A stretch of 33,115 nucleotides of DNA from a virus (taxonomy: Duplodnaviria; Caudoviricetes): positions 1-33,115 of the IMG/VR virus record IMGVR_UViG_3300032295_001071. One strand, 5' to 3'. Made by a program: the position numbers and the translations under genes. Positions 24,886 through 33,115 of the stretch are shown piece after piece; position 1 is the first letter of the stretch, and each line of letters starts with the position of its first letter. Under the pieces are notes generated by a model. That model had not been told where the DNA came from, searched no databases, and saw nothing but the letters and a program-made list of their open reading frames with translations.

Positions 24886-26843
24886 TGGCAACTGCACCAA
24901 CATCCCGCAAACTTAATCTGACGCGAGATCAGCTTTCTCAGTTTCTGACCGATCAGCAACAGATCAGACAGTTTGAGTTATTGTTTTCTGTCGTGGATGA
25001 GCTTCAAGTCATCACTGGTACTGACTTTGAGTATCAGTCAGACACAGCAGCAGCAACAGCAAACGAAGCACTTGCACAGCTCAGTGCACTGGCTCAAGAC
25101 ACCGCAGTCGATCAGGCTGTGCTAAATGCCAAAGTTCAACAGGCATTGGATGCTGTTGCTAATTTGGCTCGGACTCTTGAGTTGATTGCGACTGCACCGG
25201 TCATTGAGAACAACAACTCGGTTGTAACAGACTACATCGACTTCAACACCACCACACCATCGCCAGTCGCAAAGGTTGGAAGGTTGCATTGGAACGGTGG
25301 TTACACGCTGAATCTTGAGATGACAGCAAACGTCAACCAAGCAATTGGCGAGTCTCAGTACTACTACATCAAGGCATCGGCTGCCATTTCCAAAGGGCAG
25401 CTGGTGATGTTTGATGGCTCTGTTGGCGCTTCTGGCGTACTCAAAGGTAAGCCATCCACTGGCGTGACCAATGGCCAGCTCATCATGGGTGTGGCCGCAG
25501 AAGCCATTGCAAACAATGGATTTGGTCTGGTTTCCAGCTTTGGATTGGTAAGAGGATTTAACACCACCGGCGCACCTTATGGTGAGGTTTGGGCAGACGG
25601 CGACATCCTGTACTACAACCCATCATTTGCTGGTGGATTGACAAAAACACAGCCGACTGCTCCAACACCTCATATTGTTGTTGCTGCGGTTGTTAATGCT
25701 GCGACAGCAGGTTCTGGATCAGTTTTTGTCAGAGTTCAAGCCGAGCCATTAGTCAGTCAACTGTCTGATGTTTATGCGCCAACACTAGCTAATGGAGACT
25801 TGCTCCAATATGACGGAGTGCAGCAACGCTGGGAAAACGTCCCTGCATCAACATTGCCAGTTGGAACGGCCACCAATCTGGCAGGTGGAGCAGCAGGTTC
25901 TGTCCCGTACCAATCTGCCTCCAGCACAACTGCGATGCTGCCTATTGGCACAGCGTTGCAAGTGCTCAAGGTCAATGCAGGCGCAACAGCACCACAATGG
26001 GTTAGTGGTGCAGCCTTGACTGAAGTTGACGATACCAATGTCACACTGACATTGGGTGGATCTCCAAGCACAGCATTGCTTTCTGCTACTAGTTTGACAT
26101 TGGGCTGGACTGGTCAATTGGCGGCAACGCGAGGTGGAACAGGGTTTGGGTCTTATGCTGTAGGCGACATTTTGTACGCCAACACCACAACAAGCCTGGC
26201 AAAACTGGCTGATGTGGCAACTGGTAACGCACTGATTTCTGGTGGTGTGGGTGTTGCCCCATCGTGGGGAAAGATTGGCCTTACAACCCATGTCAGTGGA
26301 ACCTTACCTGCTGCCAACGGAGGAACTGGTATTACTAGCCTTGGCACAGGCATTGCCACATGGCTTGGAACACCATCAAGCGCAAACTTGGCCGCAGTTG
26401 TGATTGATGAAACTGGCTCTGGTGCTTTGGTTTTTGGCACAGCCCCAACCATTTCTGACTTGACTATCTCGGGAACTGGCGGAAACATTTTCAGTGGTTC
26501 ATACACCCCTACATTGACCAACACCACAAACATTACAAGCAGCACAGCATCAACGCTTTACTACACACGCGTTGGTAACGTAGTCGCTGTTTTTGGGCGT
26601 GTCAACATAACCGCCACCGCAACAGGCAACACCTTAATTGGAATCAGTTTACCAATTGCATCAGCGTTGACAACAAACGGTCAAGTTGCTGGAATGGGAT
26701 CACTTACAAGCGCAACTGTCGCAAACAATACATTTGGCCGAATAAATGCCGATGCAACCAACGACAGAGCGCAATTTCAATTGAACTCAACATTAACGAC
26801 GGATCAAACCTATGCCATTAACTTTACTTATGTGGTGCTGTAA
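24885..26843 (+). CDS. Tail needle/fibre protein
   Basis: N-terminal coiled coil, then G/T/A-rich fibre modules (GGTG repeats); C-terminal YTRVGNVV tip domain. Confidence 0.75.
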   Translation: MATAPTSRKLNLTRDQLSQFLTDQQQIRQFELLFSVVDELQVITGTDFEYQSDTAAATANEALAQLSALAQDTAVDQAVLNAKVQQALDAVANLARTLELIATAPVIENNNSVVTDYIDFNTTTPSPVAKVGRLHWNGGYTLNLEMTANVNQAIGESQYYYIKASAAISKGQLVMFDGSVGASGVLKGKPSTGVTNGQLIMGVAAEAIANNGFGLVSSFGLVRGFNTTGAPYGEVWADGDILYYNPSFAGGLTKTQPTAPTPHIVVAAVVNAATAGSGSVFVRVQAEPLVSQLSDVYAPTLANGDLLQYDGVQQRWENVPASTLPVGTATNLAGGAAGSVPYQSASSTTAMLPIGTALQVLKVNAGATAPQWVSGAALTEVDDTNVTLTLGGSPSTALLSATSLTLGWTGQLAATRGGTGFGSYAVGDILYANTTTSLAKLADVATGNALISGGVGVAPSWGKIGLTTHVSGTLPAANGGTGITSLGTGIATWLGTPSSANLAAVVIDETGSGALVFGTAPTISDLTISGTGGNIFSGSYTPTLTNTTNITSSTASTLYYTRVGNVVAVFGRVNITATATGNTLIGISLPIASALTTNGQVAGMGSLTSATVANNTFGRINADATNDRAQFQLNSTLTTDQTYAINFTYVVL

Positions 26844-26992
26844 TGGAAATAACATTTAATACTGGTGAAAACAAGTTGATCGTGACGTTTGAAGACGGCA
26901 CAATCAAAGAGTACGTGTCTACGGATGCCGAACAATATCTTAACGACTACCCAGATCGCATGTCTGATCTGGTAGCAATGGGTTGGAAATAA
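26843..26992 (+). CDS. Small protein (49 aa), possible fibre chaperone
   Basis: TAATG overlap; MEITFNTGENKLIVTFEDG...MGWK. Confidence 0.6.
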   Translation: MEITFNTGENKLIVTFEDGTIKEYVSTDAEQYLNDYPDRMSDLVAMGWK

Positions 26993-27002
26993 AGGAGCAA
27001 AA

Positions 27003-27338
27003 ATGACCGTATCCATCAAAGTCCTGATCCCTGCAAAACAGGCTGAGAACACGCAAACTACACAGTACACCGCCGTGAACTGCAAAGCCATAATTGACAA
27101 ATTTACAATTACTAACACTACCACTGGAAATGTGACGATCAGCGTCAACCTAGTTACCAGTGGCGGTGTTGTTGGTACTGATAACCTAATTATGGATACA
27201 CGCGCAATTGCTCCAGACGAAACATACACTTGCCCCGAGTTGGTTGGCCAGTCGCTGGAGCCAGGTGGTTATATTTCCACTATTGCCAGTTCAGGCACAT
27301 CACTGACCATCCGAGCATCTGGCCGCGAAATCACTTAA
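27003..27338 (+). CDS. Virion structural protein
   Basis: 111 aa beta-rich; RBS aaggag. Confidence 0.75.
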   Translation: MTVSIKVLIPAKQAENTQTTQYTAVNCKAIIDKFTITNTTTGNVTISVNLVTSGGVVGTDNLIMDTRAIAPDETYTCPELVGQSLEPGGYISTIASSGTSLTIRASGREIT

Positions 27339-27349
27339 AGGAGAACAGC

Positions 27350-27748
27350 ATGGATAAATTTATGATGATGCCTAAGGGTTTCATGGGCTTGCCGGTTGAG
27401 GAAGAATTTATTACCGCAGCCGAGAACAAAAAGAACACCCAAGTGGTGATTGATGACTGGATGCTTGGCCCAGAGAACCCCAGCAATGAGCCAACTGCAA
27501 ACAAGGTTTATTGGGTTGCGTTGGGCAATGCCATGCAAGTGGATGAAAAAGAAGCCCGTCGTCGTCGCTGCTCGAACTGCGAGTATTACGACAACAGCAC
27601 CATGACGCAGGCCAAAATGGAGCGCATCCCACGCAACAATTGGGACACCAATGCCGGTTTCCGTGGCTACTGCAACAAATTCGACTTTATCTGCCACGAC
27701 CTGCGCTCCTGTCAGGCTTGGGAAGAGCGCGAATTTGAGATGGATTGA
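27350..27748 (+). CDS. Cys-motif protein (HiPIP-like spacing)
   Basis: RCSNCEYY...GYCNKFDFICHDLRSCQAW; RBS aaggag before ATG 27350. Confidence 0.75.
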   Translation: MDKFMMMPKGFMGLPVEEEFITAAENKKNTQVVIDDWMLGPENPSNEPTANKVYWVALGNAMQVDEKEARRRRCSNCEYYDNSTMTQAKMERIPRNNWDTNAGFRGYCNKFDFICHDLRSCQAWEEREFEMD

Positions 27749-27773
27749 ACAAGCCATGCAAATGTGGGACAAT
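27745..27773 (+). promoter_or_regulatory. Promoter TTGAAC-N17-GACAAT upstream of ejection cluster
   Basis: TTGAAC 27745-27750; TGGGACAAT 27765-27773. Confidence 0.55.
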
Positions 27774-27827
27774 CTGGCCGCTGAGTCACCAAAGCCGCCA
27801 GCAGCTTGCCCTAAATAGGAGTTGCAC

Positions 27828-28277
27828 ATGACTGGTATTGATTGGCTCAAAGAAAACCTGCAAAGGGTTTTCATGCTGCCTGCGCCAGTCGTGGAGTGGC
27901 TTGTTATGGTCTACGATGCAATTCAGGTGTTTGACGATGTTGCCGATGGCGACACAGTTGAGCGAAAAGATCTGAATGCGGCCATCTGGAACACACTGGT
28001 GGGAATGCACCAGAACCAATTTTTTATTACAAACAGCCACCACCTCGTGCCATTGTTGGCAACAGCAATCATGAAGTGGCAAGCCTCTGACCATGCAGAA
28101 CGTGCGGGTGAAGCTGATGCCAGATCATTTGTTTGGCGTGCAGGTTTCTATGACCTGATTTTGATGGCTGTATCACTCACTCATGGCCCAGGCTTTGCCA
28201 CAAAAAATGCACATCTGGTCATGCAGTTATATGGCGAGAAATTTGAAGACTACATGAAGGAGTTCGGCGATGCCTGA
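27828..28277 (+). CDS. Helical hypothetical protein with DDxxD motif
   Basis: IQVFDDVADGD; RBS aggag. Confidence 0.8.
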   Translation: MTGIDWLKENLQRVFMLPAPVVEWLVMVYDAIQVFDDVADGDTVERKDLNAAIWNTLVGMHQNQFFITNSHHLVPLLATAIMKWQASDHAERAGEADARSFVWRAGFYDLILMAVSLTHGPGFATKNAHLVMQLYGEKFEDYMKEFGDA

Positions 28278-29115
28278 TCCAGTAACGGCCCTAGTAGTGG
28301 GCGGAACGCAACTTGTTGGTGGCGTTATGCAAGCCAACGCAGCAGAAGACGCATCCAATATCCAAGCTGGCGCAGCAGGCCAAGGAATTGCAGAACAGCG
28401 TCGCCAATTTGACGCACTGCAAGCCTTGCTGAAACCGTACACAGAGGCAGGCGTGCCAGCTCTGGAGCAACAGCAAGCCTTCTTGGGTTTACGAGGCCCA
28501 GAAGCAGAGCAAGCAGCCATTGAGCGCATAACCGGTGGCGCTGGATTTCAAGAGTCCGTTCGCCAAGGCGAAGAGGCCTTGCTGCAACGTGCATCGGCCA
28601 CAGGCGGCTTGCGCGGCGGCAACATCCAAGGCGCTCTAGCACAGTTTCGCCCTGCTTTGCTCAATCAAGCTCTTGAGCAACAATACAGCAGACTTGGTGG
28701 CATGACACAGTTGGGCCAGCGTTCTGCTGCCGGTGTTGGTGCTGCTGGCATGGAAACAGGCACGAACGTGTCCAATCTTTTGTCTCAGCAAGGCGCAGCA
28801 CTCGCAGGTGGCGAACTTGGCCAGGCCAAAGCCTACGGTCAGGTCTTGAACATGCCAGCGCAGTTCCTTGGTATGCAGTATGGTGCAGGCGGCAAGGCTG
28901 GAATGGGCTTTGGAAACCTTTTCAGTGACCGTCGCCTAAAGAAAAACATCAAGCAGATAAGCACACGACCCGATGGTTTGAACGTATACGAATTCGATTA
29001 CATCTGGGGTGGTGACCGTCAAATCGGGCTCATGGCTCAAGAAGTACAGGCCATTTATCCTGGCGCTGTTTCCGAATCTGGTGGCTACTTAATGGTCGAC
29101 TACAGCAAGGTCTAA
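28270..29115 (+). CDS. Ejection (DNA transfer) protein, P22 gp7-like, with C-terminal peptidase S74-type chaperone motif
   Basis: G/A/Q-rich; ASATGGLRGGN motif; C-term FSDRRLKKNI...GLMAQEV...VDYSKV. Confidence 0.8.
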   Translation: MPDPVTALVVGGTQLVGGVMQANAAEDASNIQAGAAGQGIAEQRRQFDALQALLKPYTEAGVPALEQQQAFLGLRGPEAEQAAIERITGGAGFQESVRQGEEALLQRASATGGLRGGNIQGALAQFRPALLNQALEQQYSRLGGMTQLGQRSAAGVGAAGMETGTNVSNLLSQQGAALAGGELGQAKAYGQVLNMPAQFLGMQYGAGGKAGMGFGNLFSDRRLKKNIKQISTRPDGLNVYEFDYIWGGDRQIGLMAQEVQAIYPGAVSESGGYLMVDYSKV

Positions 29116-29119
29116 AAAC

Positions 29120-30544
29120 ATGGCACAGATCAATCCATTCCAAGGCCCAATCAACTACTCAGTTGATGTTCAAAGCCCATTTGAGGCTGCAATCGGTGGC
29201 TTCAAAATTGGCCAAGCAGGTGCTGAGATGCAAGCTCAGGCCCAGGCACGCGAACAAGCAATGAAGGCGCAGACAGAGTTAAAAAATCTGTTCTCTAATC
29301 CTAATGCAACAGCAGCAGATTATGAGCGTGTGATACCTTTTTTGCCTAAAGACCAAGCAGCAATTGTCACGCAAGGTTTTGAGAGAAAAACTAAAGAGCA
29401 ACAGCAAAACAGTTTGCAACAGTCTGGCCAAGTTTATACAGCGCTCAAATCTGGCCAAATTGATATTGCAAAAAATCTGCTTAAAGATCAGGCATCTGCA
29501 TTCCGTAATTCTGGTCGTGAGCAAGAGGCAAAGGCGACAGAGACATATATGCAATTGATCGACATGAATCCAACTGGTGCTCAGACAACCATTGGATTGA
29601 TGATGGCAACATTGCCTGGTGGTAAAGAGGTGATTGAGAATGTTGACAAGACACTCTCAACAGGACGCGCAGAAGCCAAAGCGCCAGCAGAACTGACCAA
29701 GGCCATGGCCGATGCAGATAAAGCCGTAGCAGATGCCATCACAGCGCAGGCTACAGCAACCAACGCAGACCAAAGAGCAAAAGCTGATGCAGATAAAGCA
29801 GCAGCAGACGCACAAAAAGCACAGGTTGATGCCAAGTTTGCAGAACAGATCACACTGGCAGACCTTAAAAAGAAAGCCGCCGACTTAGGTTTGACCAATG
29901 CTCAGACTGGATCTGCATTGGCTCAGACCAAAAAACTTGGCGTAGAAACTGCAAAAGCAGCACTTGAACTTGAAGCACTCAAATCCACTGGCGGTGTTGA
30001 TCCTGAAAAGAAGTTCAACCAAGAAGAAAAGATCCGCAAAGAGTGGCAAGGACGCAGCAAGATGTACGGCGAATTGCAGGGGACATTTAACACACTCCAA
30101 GCATCCGCAAACTCAGCCAATGGCCCTGGTGACATCGCCTTGATTACTGGCTTCATGAAGATGCTTGATCCAGGCTCAGTGGTGCGCGAAACAGAATTTG
30201 CTACTGCACGCGATACAGCTGGATTGTTCACGCAGTTGCAAAACAGGCTGGAGAAAGCCCAAAATGGTCAACTTCTCAGCCCACAGCAGCGCAAAGAATA
30301 TGTGGCCTTGTCTCAAAAATACTTGGACGCAGCAAAGCAAAAAGCCAATCAGGAAAAGAAGGATTTAGGCATCGTAGTTAAAAACTACAAACTGAATCCA
30401 GAAAACGTGTTTGGCGCTGAACAAGCACCTCCACCACCATTGCCAACAAGTGCAACTGTAGGCGGCAAAACCTACCAAAGGCCAGCCAACTTCACTGATG
30501 CACAATGGAGCGACTATCTCAAAGCCAGCGGGGTGATCCAATGA
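29120..30544 (+). CDS. Ejection protein, P22 gp20-like position
   Basis: 474 aa Q/A/K helical; FMKMLDPGSVVRETEF motif. Confidence 0.7.
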   Translation: MAQINPFQGPINYSVDVQSPFEAAIGGFKIGQAGAEMQAQAQAREQAMKAQTELKNLFSNPNATAADYERVIPFLPKDQAAIVTQGFERKTKEQQQNSLQQSGQVYTALKSGQIDIAKNLLKDQASAFRNSGREQEAKATETYMQLIDMNPTGAQTTIGLMMATLPGGKEVIENVDKTLSTGRAEAKAPAELTKAMADADKAVADAITAQATATNADQRAKADADKAAADAQKAQVDAKFAEQITLADLKKKAADLGLTNAQTGSALAQTKKLGVETAKAALELEALKSTGGVDPEKKFNQEEKIRKEWQGRSKMYGELQGTFNTLQASANSANGPGDIALITGFMKMLDPGSVVRETEFATARDTAGLFTQLQNRLEKAQNGQLLSPQQRKEYVALSQKYLDAAKQKANQEKKDLGIVVKNYKLNPENVFGAEQAPPPPLPTSATVGGKTYQRPANFTDAQWSDYLKASGVIQ

Positions 30545-32580
30545 GTCCTGAAGAATGGCTGAAGCAGCAACCAGCACAGACATTCAGCGTTCAAACGGAC
30601 GCAGGAAAAAATGTTGAGGTTGATGTAAGGTTTCCGACAGCTGAAGAATCAGCTGTGCCAGCACCACAATCACAGCCTGCGACACCTGGCGTAACTCCAA
30701 TGTCTCCAGAGCAGTGGCTTGCCTCGCAGCAGCCACTGCCATCAACTACGGCCACAGGCCTTGCTGGTGCTGCCACTAGAGGCTTGGCACTTCCAGCCGC
30801 AGGAGCAGCACTTGGCGCGGCCATGGGCGCTCCGTTCGCAGGCGTGGGCGCTATTCCTGGGGCTGTAGCTGGTGCTGGTGCTGCTACCCTTGCTGGAATG
30901 GTGGCAGATCCTATCGTTGGCTCGATCAACAGCATGTTTGGCACTACTTACACACTGCCAACCGATGCTTTGCAAGACCTGCTCACCCGTGTCGGCGTGG
31001 CCGAACCAAGAACAGCAGCCGAGCGCATCGTCCAGACCACAGCAGCAGGCGCTGGCACAGCTGGTGGCACTGTAGCTCTTGGTAAGACATTGCAGTCCGC
31101 TGCTGGCCCCGTTACGCAGGGTGTGGGACAACTCATGGCAGCAGCCCCAGGCCTTCAAGTTGCAAGCGGTGCATCAGCAGGTGCAGCAGGTCAGACAGCC
31201 AAGGAAATGGGCGCAGGCACTGGTGGACAAATTGCCGCAACACTTGCAGGTGGCTTACTTCCTGCCGCGCCTCAGATAGTCAAAGCCGCAACTCAGGCAA
31301 CAGCTAAAGCAGTTGCACCAAAAGGTGCAGGTATCCGTGAGCAGATTGAGCCGACTTTCAAAGAGTCAGTGCAAAGCATCAAGGCCACAGTGGGCGAGAA
31401 GATCGCACCAGAGAATCAGCGAATCATCAAAAGCCAACTGGCCCAAACCCCTGATTCAGTTGATCTGGTGAATGTCCGGCTTTCAGGCTCGCAAGTCGTG
31501 CCCGACAATGAAGCAGCATCGGCCATCAAGCAAGGCTGGAAAGATGGCACAGTGGCCAGCATTAAAGCGGCCACTGACAAAGATCGCCAAGCCATGACCA
31601 AGATGCTCAACGTTTTCAAGATGGGCGAGAAGAGCGAATCATTCAGGGCTGTAAACAGGCCAGCCGACATTCTTGGCGACACCGTGCAGTCTCGTGTTGA
31701 CTTCTTGGCCAATGCTAATCAGCAAGCAGGCAAGGCAATCGACCGAATTGCCAACACTAGACTGCGCGGCCAAGCCGTTAATTACGATCCGGCCATCAAC
31801 TCATTTTTAGATGAGCTTGGCACACTTGGAGTAAAAGTGGAGCTAGATCAAAATGGTGTGGCCAAGGCGATCCTGCAAGGTTCAGACATCCAAGGTGACA
31901 AAGCAGCGCAACGCATTTTGAATACCGTTCTGGAGCGTCTCAGCACAACCAAAACTCCAGATGCCTACGGAGTACACACGGCCAAGCGATTCATTGATAC
32001 TCAGGTCAACTACGGCAAGAAAAACTTGGCCAACCCTCTGACCTCACAGGCAGAACGTGCCTTGAAGAATTTGCGTAGAAACCTGAACGAATCGCTAGGC
32101 GATAGGTTTCCGGTCTACAAGGCAGCCAACGAAAAGTATGCTGACACCATCACAGCGCTAGACGACTTGCAAAAGGCAGCAGGCACACAGATCGAATTCG
32201 ACTCTCCAAACGCCAACAAAGCCCTCGGCACGGCTATGCGTAAGCTGACCAGCAACTACGGAACACGAGCCAACCTGATCGACTCACTCGACCAAGCTAA
32301 CCAAGTGGCCAGCAAGTACGGCATGAAGCTGGATGACGACATCTTGAACCAGTTGATTTTTGTCAACGAGTTAGACCGTATGTTCGGTGCTGCTGCACAA
32401 ACCTCACTTAAAGGCCAAGTCTCTGAAGCCATGCAAACAGGTCTTGACATCGCCAGAGGAAATGCTGCTCAACGTGCCATGGAGTTGGTGACTGAAAAAG
32501 CACAGAACCTGCGTGGAGTTAACAAGGAAAACGCCATCAAAGCGATGGAAGAAATCCTCAAGCGCAAGGCAGCACAATGA
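30541..32580 (+). CDS. Ejection protein, P22 gp16-like position
   Basis: Start MSPEEWL (ATGA overlap); G/A-rich hydrophobic segments, then a helical domain. Confidence 0.7.
   Translation: MSPEEWLKQQPAQTFSVQTDAGKNVEVDVRFPTAEESAVPAPQSQPATPGVTPMSPEQWLASQQPLPSTTATGLAGAATRGLALPAAGAALGAAMGAPFAGVGAIPGAVAGAGAATLAGMVADPIVGSINSMFGTTYTLPTDALQDLLTRVGVAEPRTAAERIVQTTAAGAGTAGGTVALGKTLQSAAGPVTQGVGQLMAAAPGLQVASGASAGAAGQTAKEMGAGTGGQIAATLAGGLLPAAPQIVKAATQATAKAVAPKGAGIREQIEPTFKESVQSIKATVGEKIAPENQRIIKSQLAQTPDSVDLVNVRLSGSQVVPDNEAASAIKQGWKDGTVASIKAATDKDRQAMTKMLNVFKMGEKSESFRAVNRPADILGDTVQSRVDFLANANQQAGKAIDRIANTRLRGQAVNYDPAINSFLDELGTLGVKVELDQNGVAKAILQGSDIQGDKAAQRILNTVLERLSTTKTPDAYGVHTAKRFIDTQVNYGKKNLANPLTSQAERALKNLRRNLNESLGDRFPVYKAANEKYADTITALDDLQKAAGTQIEFDSPNANKALGTAMRKLTSNYGTRANLIDSLDQANQVASKYGMKLDDDILNQLIFVNELDRMFGAAAQTSLKGQVSEAMQTGLDIARGNAAQRAMELVTEKAQNLRGVNKENAIKAMEEILKRKAAQ
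32523..32570 (+). repeat. Terminal near-direct repeat, right copy (matches 1-48)
   Basis: 47/48 identity with the window start. Confidence 0.95.
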
Positions 32581-32686
32581 ACCATTTCGCAAACGCAGCA
32601 AAGCTGCCACAATCCCTGGACGCGAGAGTGCAGTGGCTGCAATCCGCTGTCCAGACAGGACGCCAATTTGACCAGGAGAACCAGTA

Positions 32687-33115
32687 CTGTCCGCACTCAG
32701 CATTCAGCCCACCTACCCGATCTTCACCGAGACGGATGGGCAGCCGCTGGAAAACGGCTATATCTGGATTGGCACGGTCAACCTTGACCCGCAGGTCAAT
32801 CCGATCAACGTCTACTGGGATGCGGCGCTGACCATTGCAGCACCTCAGCCCATCCGCACCCTCAACGGCTACCCATCACGCAGCGGCACACCTGGACGTC
32901 TTTACGTCAACAGCGACTACAGCATACGAGTGATGAACAAGAGCGGCAGCACGGTTTACAGCGCACCGGCTGCGACTGAGCGCTACAGCGATGCAGTTGT
33001 CAGCAGCGTCAATGCCCAGAATGTTGTGTATGACCCTCCATTCACTGGTGCAGTTCAGACCAACGTCGAGGCAAAACTGGCACAGACCGTCAGCGTCAAA
33101 GACTTTGGCGCTGTA
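32687..33115 (+). CDS. Second tailspike allele, partial (runs off window); start codon reads CTG
   Basis: (L/M)SALSIQPTYPIFTETDGQPLENGYIWIGTVNLDPQVNPINVYWDAAL...VSVKDFGAV; homologous to 124-1980 over ~100 aa; same aggagaacca RBS; absent from the ORF track. Confidence 0.85.
   Translation, partial: MSALSIQPTYPIFTETDGQPLENGYIWIGTVNLDPQVNPINVYWDAALTIAAPQPIRTLNGYPSRSGTPGRLYVNSDYSIRVMNKSGSTVYSAPAATERYSDAVVSSVNAQNVVYDPPFTGAVQTNVEAKLAQTVSVKDFGAV

Noticed and set aside
27774-27805. Possible pseudoknot CTGGC/GCCAG plus GCTG/CAGC before gene 27828
   Set aside because: Stems are short and the 5' arm lies upstream of the predicted transcription start; not supportable without covariation.
29690-29830. 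Repetitive gcagataaagc / ADADKA sequence
   Set aside because: Low-complexity Ala-rich coiled coil within a coding region, not a DNA-level element.
32577-32831. 84-aa ORF in the track
   Set aside because: Overlaps the second tailspike out of frame and exists only because of the TAC at 32685-32687; a 36-aa version is more plausible.
1-33115. CRISPR array, tRNA, DGR/retron reverse transcriptase, invertase shufflon or stop-codon recoding
   Set aside because: No spaced repeats, cloverleaf, RT motif or recombinase seen. Genes read intact in the standard code, and tailspike allele differences are not adenine-specific.

Overview
The window is an almost complete ~32.5 kb tailed-phage genome with P22-like (podovirus) morphogenesis genes and a lambdoid-style early region. 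A Betaproteobacteria/Burkholderiales host is an inference from protein style only. Left to right: tailspike; small membrane proteins, holin and GH24 endolysin; a leftward early block (NUMOD4 fragment, MazG-like NTP-PPase, Arc-like RHH, SSB, YqaJ exonuclease, ERF); divergent promoters; Cro-like regulator; DUF1376 initiator; PAPS-reductase-like protein; NinB; NinG; ParB-MTase; terminase; portal; scaffold; coat; gp4/gp10-like proteins; tail fibre; three ejection proteins. No integrase or CI is visible. Main anomalies: (1) a ~1.75 kb non-phage-looking segment (~4330-6085) with an intact Dam-family MTase between two truncated genes, one fused in frame to a truncated NUMOD4/HNH gene. (2) The window ends overlap (47/48 nt identical) but continue into two different tailspike alleles. 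(3) Candidate cis-regulatory RNAs: a multi-stem leader with anti-SD before the initiator, and an H-type pseudoknot before the scaffold gene. (4) A family of TTGNNN-N17/18-GACAAT promoters. (5) Unusual late genes: a HiPIP-like Cys protein, a DDxxD protein, and an ejection protein ending in an S74 auto-cleaving chaperone motif. All family calls are by eye; no database search was run.
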